From: Candidatus Woesebacteria bacterium
GTDB lineage: Bacteria; Patescibacteriota; Microgenomatia; UBA1400; UBA12028
Direction: 5' to 3'
Assembly: GCA_040006915.1 (NCBI GenBank)
Contig: JBDTWD010000005.1
Span: forward strand, 23,394 to 87,393
DNA: 64,000 nucleotides
The notes beneath the pieces were generated by a model, which worked only from the letters and a program-made list of their open reading frames with translations, ran no database searches and was not told the DNA's origin. The translations under genes were made by a program, and so were the position numbers. Positions 48,699 through 57,661 of the stretch are shown one piece after another (position 1 is the first letter of the stretch; each line of letters starts with the position of its first letter).

Positions 48699-49502
48699 AT
48701 GCTAGAGATTTTTAACTACAGTTTCATGATCCGCGCTTTCATTGCCGGCGGCATTGTTGCCCTCATCGCTCCTGTAATTGGAACATTTTTAGTGGCTAAA
48801 CGCTATTCTCTCATGGCAGATAGTTTGGCACATGTATCACTAGCTGGAGTCGCGCTCGGACTCCTGCTTGGAATCTATCCAGTCATCACAGCAATCCTGG
48901 TTGCAGTTGCAACCGCATTGATCATTGAATACTTACGTACCAAACGAGGAGTTTCTGGGGAGATTGCTTTGGCCATGTTTTTATCAGGAGGCTTAAGTAT
49001 TGCCATCGTTTTAATCGGTCTTGGCAAAGGGTTTTCAGTAGATTTATTCTCTTATCTATTTGGGAGCATTACGACCGTATCACAGACTGATCTTTGGGTA
49101 ATAGGAAGTGTCGGGATCGTCGTTTTAGCAACAGTTGTGCTGCTATACAAGGAGTTTGTGTATATTGCCTTTGATGAAGACGCGGCTCGCGTCAGTGGAA
49201 TTCCCACTTCGATGCTAAATATGCTGCTCATGGTACTCACCGCTGTTACGGTTAGTCTTGCCATGCGAATCGTCGGTATTCTTCTTATTGGAGCCTTGAT
49301 GGTAATCCCTGTTGTAACGGCAATGCAGCTGCGAAAAAGCTTTGCGAAGACCATTCAATTTGCGATCGGATATAGTCTTTTGTCCGTCTTCTCTGGCTTA
49401 TTCCTTTCCTACTATCTCAACTTAGCGGCAGGCGGCATCATTGTGGTTGTAGCATTGCTGTTATTTGGAGTAACACTCCTGTTAAATACCCGTAAATCTT
49501 GA
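48699..49502 (+). CDS. Metal ABC transporter permease (ZnuB/TroC-like)
   Basis: 267 aa, 8 TM helices, ABC-3 family topology. Confidence 0.8.
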   Translation: MLEIFNYSFMIRAFIAGGIVALIAPVIGTFLVAKRYSLMADSLAHVSLAGVALGLLLGIYPVITAILVAVATALIIEYLRTKRGVSGEIALAMFLSGGLSIAIVLIGLGKGFSVDLFSYLFGSITTVSQTDLWVIGSVGIVVLATVVLLYKEFVYIAFDEDAARVSGIPTSMLNMLLMVLTAVTVSLAMRIVGILLIGALMVIPVVTAMQLRKSFAKTIQFAIGYSLLSVFSGLFLSYYLNLAAGGIIVVVALLLFGVTLLLNTRKS

Positions 49503-49537
49503 TATCTCAACAAGCAAGCGTTTATTTACTCGGTAAT

Positions 49538-49804
49538 TTATCTTTTTTTTTTGTGAAAATTGATTAGTAATTCTTCTTTTTCTGGTCGCTCAAGTCTTTT
49601 TATTTCCGCTTCCCTAGCACGTGATTGAGCAAAAGATTCACATTCTTCTGTGTATACCAATGTCACCGGCCTTCGAATTTTTGTGTAGTGTGCACCAGAT
49701 TTTAAGGAATTATGTTGATGAAGTCGTTTCGAAACGTCCTGCGTTGAGCCAGTGTAATATGTATTATCGGCACACTTCAAAATGTAAACAAAGTACATAT
49801 ACAT
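49538..49804 (-). CDS. GIY-YIG nuclease family protein (UPF0213/YhbQ-like)
   Basis: FVYILKC...YYTGSTQDVSKRLHQHN is a GIY-YIG motif. 88 aa. Confidence 0.75.
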   Translation of the reverse strand: MYMYFVYILKCADNTYYTGSTQDVSKRLHQHNSLKSGAHYTKIRRPVTLVYTEECESFAQSRAREAEIKRLERPEKEELLINFHKKKR

Positions 49805-49826
49805 TCACCCTTTTTCTGGCATATAT

Positions 49827-51317
49827 TTACTCCGATTCAATAATACTAACCTGGTCTAACAAATCAGATGTCCAGAACGTGATACGTTGCTTTGGAAGAA
49901 TGAGCGCTCTAGATGGCTGCAATTCTTTCACGAATTCTTCTGTGTGACTTACGATTAACATCGTTCCTGTATAGGCTTTGAGTGCCTCTAGAATAATTCG
50001 TTGACTTAACACGTCCAAATACGTTGTTGGTTCATCTAGAATTAATACATTGTAAGGATAAAGCATGATCAAGGCGATTGCCAACCTTGTCTTCTCACCA
50101 CCAGAAAGAGTTCCGATTTTTTGATTCAGTCGGTCTACAGAAAATAAAAACCGTTTTAGGAAGCCATATATTTTGTCACGCGCTAACATCTGAGTATTTT
50201 CTACAACATCTTGAATTGTAAGCGTATCGTCAAAGTTTGTACTCTCTTGGGAGTAATACCCCACACTCAGACTCTCGGAACGGATCACTTCACCACTATC
50301 TGGTTCCAACGTACCTGTGAGCAATTTTATCAGCGTCGTTTTCCCAACTCCATTAGGGCCGAGTAAGGCTAGTCGTTCTCCTCGTAATAGTTCAAATGAA
50401 AGATCTTGAAGAACCGTATGATTGCCATATTTTTTAGAAAGATGTTGCACTCGTATAGGCACCCGTCCGATGGCGATTGGCTCCGAGAATTTCGCCTTAA
50501 AGGTCGATAATTCTTTGGGTAGCTCTGGTAACTTATCTTTGAGCCGGACAATCTTTCTCTCTTGCATGACACGCTGTCTGACACCTTTTTTTGATGTCAA
50601 TTTACGCAAATTGCCCAGACCTGCCTCCATACGTTTAATATGTTTTTGCTCATTTACCACTTTGCGAGTAAGAAGAGCATCTTGCTGCTGCTTCGTTTTT
50701 ATAAAAGCGGTGTAGTTTCCAGTATATGTATCAATTTTTTTCGTGTGCTGATTTAAAAACAATACACGCTGGATATGCTTGTCCAGCAAATCTAAATCAT
50801 GGGAAACAATCAAAACCGTATGTGGGTATGCAGCGATCCACTGCATCACCCACTTTTTACCGGCTGCATCTAAGAAATTGGTAGGCTCATCCAACAACAA
50901 AATTTCAGGTTCTGACAAAAAAGCTTTTGTAAGCGCTAATTTGGTTTTTTGACCTCCACTCAAGTGAGAAAGATCATGACTCATTTTCTGCCATTCAAGT
51001 TCCAATCCATTAAAAATTTCGTGGATTTTTGCCTCTGAATGGAGATGCTCAGGATCTACATACTCATACATCGTTGCAGCTTCCAGTAATGCCTGGTCGT
51101 ACTTTACTTCTTGGGGCATTATAGTAAGTGTCCCATCAATACGAATTGTTCCTTCTGAAGGAAGTTCTTCTCTTGTGAGAAGTTTAAACAGAGTAGATTT
51201 TCCAGCTCCGTTCGGGCCGACAAGCCCAGCTTTATCATTTCTTCCCACCAAAAAACTCACGTCTTCAAAAACGGGTTCGTATCCATAGGAGAAAGAAATA
51301 TTTTTTACGGTGATCAT
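49827..51317 (-). CDS. ABC-F family ATPase (tandem ABC domains, no TM domain)
   Basis: Two Walker A (GPNGAGKST, GPNGVGKTT), two signature motifs (LSGGQKTKL, LSGGEKTRL), an inter-domain linker. ATG at 51317. Confidence 0.85.
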   Translation of the reverse strand: MITVKNISFSYGYEPVFEDVSFLVGRNDKAGLVGPNGAGKSTLFKLLTREELPSEGTIRIDGTLTIMPQEVKYDQALLEAATMYEYVDPEHLHSEAKIHEIFNGLELEWQKMSHDLSHLSGGQKTKLALTKAFLSEPEILLLDEPTNFLDAAGKKWVMQWIAAYPHTVLIVSHDLDLLDKHIQRVLFLNQHTKKIDTYTGNYTAFIKTKQQQDALLTRKVVNEQKHIKRMEAGLGNLRKLTSKKGVRQRVMQERKIVRLKDKLPELPKELSTFKAKFSEPIAIGRVPIRVQHLSKKYGNHTVLQDLSFELLRGERLALLGPNGVGKTTLIKLLTGTLEPDSGEVIRSESLSVGYYSQESTNFDDTLTIQDVVENTQMLARDKIYGFLKRFLFSVDRLNQKIGTLSGGEKTRLAIALIMLYPYNVLILDEPTTYLDVLSQRIILEALKAYTGTMLIVSHTEEFVKELQPSRALILPKQRITFWTSDLLDQVSIIESE

Positions 51318-51347
51318 GTCACCCAATTATCTCATATGACTCTATTT

Positions 51348-51524
51348 TCAGCGTTGTGACGGAACTTTATCTCCTTCTTTTCTAGCTTCTGAGATTCCGA
51401 TTGCGACTGCTTGTTTCCGACTTGTTACTTTAGTATCACTTTTTCCGCTTTTCAATTTTCCTTCTTTAAACTCTTCCATGACTTTATGGATTTTTGATTG
51501 AGCTTGCTTCCCATATTTTGGCAT
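51348..51524 (-). CDS. Small conserved-looking basic protein (58 aa), hypothetical
   Basis: Minus-strand ORF MPKYGKQAQSKIHKVMEEFKEGKLKSGKSDTKVTSRKQAVAIGISEARKEGDKVPSQR. Below the ORF-track length cutoff, with coding-like lysine-rich composition. Confidence 0.35.
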   Translation of the reverse strand: MPKYGKQAQSKIHKVMEEFKEGKLKSGKSDTKVTSRKQAVAIGISEARKEGDKVPSQR

Positions 51525-51639
51525 ATCATCCTTTCTTTATTCATAAATACAAGGAAAATGTACTGCTTTAACTGAATAAAAACATATAAAGAGAGTATCA
51601 AAAAAGTAAGAAAAATGACGGCACCAATACAAAATTTTT

Positions 51640-52488
51640 CTATTCAAACAATTTCGCATCTATAAAGTATTGCGCCAGTTTATCTTGGATGAAGTTCACT
51701 CCCAGCTGCGAGGGATGAATATGATCAGTAGGGTTTATATACTTTAACACCCCACTTCCAGTCTTGTCCTTTGTTTGATTATAGATATCGACCAACGGAA
51801 TATTGTGCTCTTTGGCAAAGGCAATGTGATTTTCGATATATTGATCCCGTTCAGAGGCCCAACTCTCCCTGGCCGCTAAATCAAGTTCCACTGCTCCAAC
51901 CCCATACATAGTGTGTGAAGGAGCTATGGTTGCCAAAAAAACCACCAAAGCACTTGGCTGCTCCCGATTTAACAGACGCATAGTAGTGAATAATGATTCA
52001 TTGGCTTTATCGATTCCTTCAGTTCTGCCTAAATGTGACAACGGGTTGTACCCAAAAGATTCAATCACAATAATATCGAACGGTTTTCCTAAAACTGGCT
52101 CATAGGTAGCATTCGCTTCTGTGGCTTTCGTAAGCAGTCTATCCTGTAAACTTTCGACATTGGATGAGGGAGCACTTTGATTCTCGATGATCAAATCGAC
52201 ATCGGGATATTTCTTTTTTACTACTAAACGCAGTTCATCAGCATATGGACCGAGTGCGGCTGTCATTGAATCACCCAACAAAATAATTCTGTAGGCTTTC
52301 TTTACTGGAAGCTCTGGTGGCTCATAGTGAACGAAAGGGACCTGGGGTTCTGGAGTAGGACTTGAAACGATAGCATCAGATTGCAAAAGTGTTGGGCCAG
52401 ATAACGATCCAACTGGGGTACGACGCATGTAAACGGCAAGTGAAGCAATACAAATCCCAAGTACGGCAAGAAAAATAATCAGACGCAT
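51640..52488 (-). CDS. SGNH/GDSL-family hydrolase, membrane-anchored
   Basis: N-terminal TM anchor. GDSM block I (LLGDSMTAALG), DxxH catalytic block near the C-terminus (PTDHIHPS). Confidence 0.7.
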   Translation of the reverse strand: MRLIIFLAVLGICIASLAVYMRRTPVGSLSGPTLLQSDAIVSSPTPEPQVPFVHYEPPELPVKKAYRIILLGDSMTAALGPYADELRLVVKKKYPDVDLIIENQSAPSSNVESLQDRLLTKATEANATYEPVLGKPFDIIVIESFGYNPLSHLGRTEGIDKANESLFTTMRLLNREQPSALVVFLATIAPSHTMYGVGAVELDLAARESWASERDQYIENHIAFAKEHNIPLVDIYNQTKDKTGSGVLKYINPTDHIHPSQLGVNFIQDKLAQYFIDAKLFE

Positions 52489-52520
52489 GCTGTAACTTTA
52501 CCATGACTCGGAAAATAGTA

Positions 52521-53897
52521 CTAACGTGTTACTTCAGGAAGCTCTTCAATCGGAGTTCTCACTTGGAAACGCCAATTAGGATCGTCTGTCGGTGTTTCTG
52601 TACCAGGTATATTAATTCGCTCTGTTGTTTGTAACCAGTCTTGGATAGGAACAATGACTGTTTGGGCAGGGGAAGAGATCACTGCTTGAATTAATTTTTG
52701 AATGTAGAGATGGTCATCTACGGTATATTCAATTTGAGCCGCTTGGGCAATCTTTTGTTTCTCTTCTCTGGTCTGATTTTCAATGAATGAACATAATGTC
52801 TCCGTATCGTGTGTGGAGGTATAGATGACAGAGAGGGCTGGAATTTGGGTCATACTTTCGGTGGCACTAAAACGGAAAATACGAATACTTGGACAGCGAA
52901 ATTTTTGTAAAGATTGCTTCATCTCGGCTGTTTGAGTTCCACTATCCTCAGCAAAGATTGAAATTCCCAGAAGTCCTGCGAGTTTCATTAGCTTCTCAAA
53001 GACAGGAGATCCAGGTCCCACCACATCTTGATCATGACGAGGATGACGCATATCCATACGACCATAATGATAAAAGGCTTCAGCGTAATCAAACCGCAGC
53101 GAACCAAATAGTGAAGCCATATATTCAAGTCGAAGAGTCCAAATAAACAACACAGACTGACAACCAGTTTTTGATTCCCAGTGATAGAGTGGGTGTCCCC
53201 AAACTTGTCGTCCAAAAAAAGATGGAGGAGAATCGGTAACTCCTGACACAACTTGTAAAGATCCATCCGCTTCAATCTCAAATGCGTCCTGATGTGCCCA
53301 AACTAATGGACTATGGAGTGCCAAATAAAAAGGTAAATCTCCACTCAGTGTAATTCCCAATCTTGCTGCTTTTTGTTTCAGTTCTTCAAACGCGGCATGG
53401 AGTCTCCATTGCATGATAATATGTTGATCAATTTCTTTAGCCAGAATTCTACTCCATTTTTCGATTGCTTCTGGTTCATGTTCACACACCTCTTTGTCCC
53501 ATTCTCGCCAGTTGTCGGTTTGGAAATAATCACGTAACGCACAAAACAAAGCATACTTATGAATCCAGTTTTCATGTTGAGAAATGAAAGCACTTTTCTG
53601 TTCTTGAGTCGGGAAGCTCGAAGCAAACTTCTCCGGGAGATACTTGGGATCCAGTCCGATGCCGTATCCTTTATACGGTGAAGAAACTTGTTTTTGCGTA
53701 TGCGGTTCAAATTCACTGGTATGGAGTGGAAGAAATTGCCAAAGAGACTGTTTGGTTTTGTGTAACCAATCTAAGAAATACAAACCCGTGGCTAACGTTC
53801 CCTTGTCATGAACAACATCATTGACACTGTGGAGTGAAGAAAGAGGAGCTACTGTTCCGAGTCGTTTTTTAGTGGATATATCAATATATATCTTCAT
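52521..53897 (-). CDS. malQ: 4-alpha-glucanotransferase (amylomaltase, GH77)
   Basis: GH77 motifs (LPLHTSEF...SPY, FRFDYAEAF, catalytic Asp/Glu blocks). ATG at 53897 is preferred over the TTG at 53951. Confidence 0.75.
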   Translation of the reverse strand: MKIYIDISTKKRLGTVAPLSSLHSVNDVVHDKGTLATGLYFLDWLHKTKQSLWQFLPLHTSEFEPHTQKQVSSPYKGYGIGLDPKYLPEKFASSFPTQEQKSAFISQHENWIHKYALFCALRDYFQTDNWREWDKEVCEHEPEAIEKWSRILAKEIDQHIIMQWRLHAAFEELKQKAARLGITLSGDLPFYLALHSPLVWAHQDAFEIEADGSLQVVSGVTDSPPSFFGRQVWGHPLYHWESKTGCQSVLFIWTLRLEYMASLFGSLRFDYAEAFYHYGRMDMRHPRHDQDVVGPGSPVFEKLMKLAGLLGISIFAEDSGTQTAEMKQSLQKFRCPSIRIFRFSATESMTQIPALSVIYTSTHDTETLCSFIENQTREEKQKIAQAAQIEYTVDDHLYIQKLIQAVISSPAQTVIVPIQDWLQTTERINIPGTETPTDDPNWRFQVRTPIEELPEVTR

Positions 53898-53917
53898 TAT
53901 AACAGGTTGTCTGAAGT

Positions 53918-54319
53918 TTACTTGAGGGTTTTCATTTGAACCAAATCCCAAAGATTCCCATAGAGGTCCTCAAATACTGCAACTGTACCGTAATCGGCTT
54001 CTTTTGGTTCTCGGATAAATTTGATTCCTACAGATACCATCTCTTTGTAATCACGCCAGAAATCATCAGTATTCAAAAATAAGAATACTCGTCCCCCGGC
54101 TTGATTTCCAACAAATGGTTCCTGTATCGGTTTTGAAGCCCGAGCCAACAGCAGATGAGTTCCCGTCGCATTTGGTGGAGCGACTACCACCCAACGTTTG
54201 TCCTGTTCAGGTTGGTAGGTATCTTCAACCAAAGTGAAGTGTAATTTTTTGGTATAAAACTCAATCGCTTCATCATAGTCTCTGACCACCAAGGCGATGA
54301 GAAAAATCGATTGCTTCAT
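53918..54319 (-). CDS. VOC (glyoxalase/bleomycin-resistance) family protein
   Basis: 133 aa. IALVVRDYDEAIEFYTKKLHF...VAVFEDLYGNLWDLV VOC modules. Confidence 0.65.
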   Translation of the reverse strand: MKQSIFLIALVVRDYDEAIEFYTKKLHFTLVEDTYQPEQDKRWVVVAPPNATGTHLLLARASKPIQEPFVGNQAGGRVFLFLNTDDFWRDYKEMVSVGIKFIREPKEADYGTVAVFEDLYGNLWDLVQMKTLK

Positions 54320-54906
54320 AGATGGGAAATGTTATGACAATCTACTAAAGTGAATTTATCTCCATCTTTTTGAATAGTTGTGATCGAGCATTCCTTGACG
54401 GAATAATCTCTCCCTTCGGGAAAGGCCTGTACAAGATGAACCAATTCATCTTCTGAAAATTCGTTTCGCAAGAAATCAGAAATGGCGCCCCCATGCGTAA
54501 CGAGAGCAATATACATATCCTGATTAGAGTCTAACTCTTCAATTATACTTCTGATGCGCTTCCCTGTGGCATAGGAAGACATTCCGTGCAGAGGAGCACT
54601 CATACGGTTCCACGATGCTTTTACCCAATCGTGAAAGAATTCGTCACGAGTTTTACCGATATAGTCTGCAAAGTCCATTCGTTCCTTTAGTCGTTCATCC
54701 GTATGAATTGGTAATGAAAGAGTGGCAGCTATATGTCCTGCCGTTTGTTGAGTCCTCAGTTTTGGACTCGCAATAATGTACGAAATTGGAAATTTCTTTA
54801 AGAATTCTCCGGTCTTTTGCGCTTGTTGATGTCCAAGTTCGGTAAGCTCAGGATCATAGTGGCTTTCCTGCTTTTGTCCGTGGCGAATAAGGTAAAAAGT
54901 GGTCAT
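54316..54906 (-). CDS. Histidine phosphatase family protein (phosphoglycerate-mutase-like)
   Basis: LIRHGQ N-terminal catalytic RHG motif, second His in the VTHGG block. Confidence 0.8.
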   Translation of the reverse strand: MTTFYLIRHGQKQESHYDPELTELGHQQAQKTGEFLKKFPISYIIASPKLRTQQTAGHIAATLSLPIHTDERLKERMDFADYIGKTRDEFFHDWVKASWNRMSAPLHGMSSYATGKRIRSIIEELDSNQDMYIALVTHGGAISDFLRNEFSEDELVHLVQAFPEGRDYSVKECSITTIQKDGDKFTLVDCHNISHL

Positions 54907-55334
54907 TATTCATTTCCTTCCATCTTTCGTATGTAATCAAACACTTCATCAAAAATAATTTTGACTGTTGGTACTGTTTTTAGCAGCTGCGTTGCTTCCA
55001 AAGAAAAAAGGCCTATGTCATCGCCTTCCTGCTGTTTACTTTTCAATACCTCCAACGATTCTTTTATGGGTGATAGGAATACAAAACGTTCACATAAACC
55101 ATCTTCTTCCTGTATCTCGTACCGTTTGAACAAGCGAGCATTACTCAACTTAATTTGTAACTCTTCTGAAATCTCTCTTATTACTGCTTCCTCAGGTGTC
55201 TCATTTCCTTCAATACCGCCACCAAAAAATCCCCAGTATCCTGGATAGTAAGATGCATTCGCATCTCTGTGTTGTAAGAGTATTTCCTCGTGAGGATTGT
55301 AGAAGATCAAAATAGCGATGCGTCTTTTGTACAT
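54906..55334 (-). CDS. NUDIX hydrolase
   Basis: NUDIX box GGGIEGNETPEEAVIREISEELQI. An alternative ATG at 55394 would overlap the upstream GNAT gene by 53 nt. Confidence 0.7.
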   Translation of the reverse strand: MYKRRIAILIFYNPHEEILLQHRDANASYYPGYWGFFGGGIEGNETPEEAVIREISEELQIKLSNARLFKRYEIQEEDGLCERFVFLSPIKESLEVLKSKQQEGDDIGLFSLEATQLLKTVPTVKIIFDEVFDYIRKMEGNE

Positions 55335-55341
55335 AAAGTTA

Positions 55342-55845
55342 CTATAGCGGAAGCACCATTTCAATTTCTTTGGGTGTGAAACCATATTTTTCATACAGTT
55401 TCACGGCATCACTATTGTCTGAGTGAACAAGTAAACGCACGGTTTCACAATGTTGTTCTTTAAAATATTCTTTTATCGTGTCTATGAGCTTTTTCCCAGT
55501 TCCTCTTCCTCTATAGTCAGGATTCACAAAGAGTAAACCAATCCATCCTTCTTTGCTTTTTTTGTGTCCAAGTGTGTGCATGACTTCACCCTCATGGGTG
55601 GTAATAATACCTTGGATAAAGCCAATGACTGTTTCACCGATCTTTGCTACATATGTAGCACCCTGCATTTCTTGCACATCTTTTAAACCTTGATCGAAGT
55701 ATGCATTTGCTTCTTCTCGTGACTGAAATGTCCGCAGTTCACCCATTGAGTCAACATTGGCAAAGTGCGTCTGGAGCGAACTCATCAATGTAACAACCGC
55801 TTCGTAATCATCTGAAGAATATTTCTTGATTTCTGCATCGTTCAT
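55342..55845 (-). CDS. GNAT family N-acetyltransferase
   Basis: Acetyl-CoA binding motif A region RGRGTGKKLID. 167 aa. Confidence 0.75.
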   Translation of the reverse strand: MNDAEIKKYSSDDYEAVVTLMSSLQTHFANVDSMGELRTFQSREEANAYFDQGLKDVQEMQGATYVAKIGETVIGFIQGIITTHEGEVMHTLGHKKSKEGWIGLLFVNPDYRGRGTGKKLIDTIKEYFKEQHCETVRLLVHSDNSDAVKLYEKYGFTPKEIEMVLPL

Positions 55846-55940
55846 ACTCTGATTCTATGCAGAAAAAAAGAAAAAGCAATGTAAACACGTGCGGTTCTGC
55901 TAGAATTATGGAACAATCTATAACGTAAAGGAGACTTGGT

Positions 55941-56276
55941 ATGGCAAAGTACATGGTGTTATACAACTCAACAGCATCTGCAAGTGAACTGATGGCCAAA
56001 GCCAGCCCTGAAGAAATGAAAGCCAGTATGGATGAGTGGATGAAGTGGAAAGATGAGGCAACGAAAAGCGTTAAATTTGAGTGGGGTTTGCCGTTGCAAA
56101 TCACAACCAGACTCACACCTACCGGCCCAACCACAAGTGACTCACCTGTTTCTGGTTACGCAATCATGGAAGGTGAAAAAGAGGCCGTTCTGGATGCTTT
56201 AGCAACTCACCCGAATTTAAAACGCGAAGGGGCTTCAATTGATGTCCTGGAAATGATTTCGATGCCGGGGATGTAA
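55941..56276 (+). CDS. Hypothetical protein (possible small alpha+beta-fold protein)
   Basis: 111-aa ORF with AAAGGAGA RBS. No confident family assignment. Confidence 0.35.
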   Translation: MAKYMVLYNSTASASELMAKASPEEMKASMDEWMKWKDEATKSVKFEWGLPLQITTRLTPTGPTTSDSPVSGYAIMEGEKEAVLDALATHPNLKREGASIDVLEMISMPGM

Positions 56277-56280
56277 AAAA

Positions 56281-56757
56281 TCATTCTCTCAGACGGATAT
56301 AATTTTCAATATCTTTGCGAATTCCCTCAACTGATATTAGCTCGAGTGCTTCTTCCGGCGTAACCCATCGATATGCCTGATGCTCATGTGAAATTGAGAC
56401 TTTCTGCGCCGTAGTTTCACATACGTAGGTGATTCCTATCAACTCATTTTCTGCAGTTTCTGGTCCTCTATATATATGCCAAACACGCAAAACTCCTTTG
56501 ATCGCAAGATCATCAATGCCATTTTCCTCTGAAACTTCACGCTTCAACCCTTTCTCGGTCCCTTCGTGCTGATCGATACGGCCATAGGTAATCTCCCATT
56601 CATTTGGATGCCAATCTTCTGAACTAGCTCGTTGGGTAATTAAAATTTTCCCGGTGTCTTTCTGAACTATCACTGCCCCAACGGCGACCATGAAACGACC
56701 AACTGGGTTTTTCTCGGTATGAGTATTATTTGGTTGAGAGATTTTTTCATTTTCCAT
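56281..56757 (-). CDS. NUDIX hydrolase
   Basis: NUDIX box region GRIDQHEGTEKGLKREVSEENGI with REVxEExG core. 158 aa. Confidence 0.7.
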   Translation of the reverse strand: MENEKISQPNNTHTEKNPVGRFMVAVGAVIVQKDTGKILITQRASSEDWHPNEWEITYGRIDQHEGTEKGLKREVSEENGIDDLAIKGVLRVWHIYRGPETAENELIGITYVCETTAQKVSISHEHQAYRWVTPEEALELISVEGIRKDIENYIRLRE

Positions 56758-56785
56758 ATATCGGCAGTATATCAGGAAAAAAAAT

Positions 56786-57379
56786 CTACTCTAAAGATCC
56801 TGTCTTGACCTTCCCTGCACGTTTAAATGAAGCGAAGATTACTCCACTGGGTGATGTTTTAGATTGAGTCAACGTAAAAGCAGCAGGGACCGTCCCGGTA
56901 TCAAACAATTTCTTCCCTGTTCCTAGAGTGATCGGGAATATTTTCAACCACAATTCATCGACCAAGTCATCCTTTAACAACGTTTGAATGAGCTTACCGC
57001 TCCCATGCACCTGCAAATCTGGACCGTTTGAGTTTTTTAGCTTTATTAATTCTTTTGTGTCTTTTACCACCACTGTGTTTTCCCAGGTTGGGTTTTTTAA
57101 GGTTTTTGAGACAACATATTTTGTAATTTTATTTACTTGTGGCCATCCCTCTGTATGCTCTGGCCAATATCCGGCAAAAATGTCATAGGTTATATGCCCA
57201 AGAAGCAGATCATATTTCCCTTTCATCTGCTTACCCATTTCTTTCCCCGCCATTTCATCAAAATAGGGTGCCGTCCATCCACCATATTTGAAGTTACCAC
57301 TTGTATCTTCTTTAGGTCCACCCGGGGCCTGCATGACGCCATCAAGGGTAATGAAAGAGAGGACAATGATTTTTCTCAT
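56786..57379 (-). CDS. Dihydrofolate reductase-family protein (RibD C-terminal-domain-like)
   Basis: IIVLSFITLDGVMQAPGGP N-terminus typical of YwjB/RibD_C-type reductases. 197 aa. Confidence 0.65.
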   Translation of the reverse strand: MRKIIVLSFITLDGVMQAPGGPKEDTSGNFKYGGWTAPYFDEMAGKEMGKQMKGKYDLLLGHITYDIFAGYWPEHTEGWPQVNKITKYVVSKTLKNPTWENTVVVKDTKELIKLKNSNGPDLQVHGSGKLIQTLLKDDLVDELWLKIFPITLGTGKKLFDTGTVPAAFTLTQSKTSPSGVIFASFKRAGKVKTGSLE

Positions 57380-57476
57380 AGACTATTATTCTATCAAATT
57401 GAATAAGTCAAGGAAAGTTATTTTTTATTGTAGCGAAGATAAATTATTTAAAAGGGTGCGATTTTAGATACTATAT

Positions 57477-57505
57477 TTGGTTCCGGACAATGTTTGGTAT
57501 ATACT
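57477..57505 (+). promoter_or_regulatory. Candidate sigma70-type promoter TTGGTT-N17-TATACT
   Basis: -35 at 57477-57482 and -10 at 57500-57505 with a 17-nt spacer, immediately upstream of the leader ORF and attenuator hairpins. Confidence 0.4.
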
Positions 57506-57513
57506 CAACTTGT

Positions 57514-57639
57514 ATGACCACCAATTTCTGTCACTTCCATTACTTTATTCAGATCCAAAGCGGGAGGTGTTCGCATGCAACATAGCAGAAGAAAAAGTCA
57601 GCAAGAAACGAACAACCTCCCACAGTCGGAGGTTTTTTT
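57514..57639 (+). promoter_or_regulatory. Putative leader-peptide transcription attenuator upstream of the M20 peptidase/epimerase pair
   Basis: Leader ORF 57514-57585 (MTTNFCHFHYFIQIQSGRCSHAT). Antiterminator stem GGGAGGTGTTCG (57562-57573) pairs with CGAACAACCTCCC (57609-57621). Terminator CCTCC(57616-57620)-CACAGTC-GGAGG(57628-57632) is followed by T7. The CCTCC segment is shared by both stems, so they are mutually exclusive. Confidence 0.5.
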
Positions 57640-57661
57640 ATATTAAAATTTGAAAGGAAAT

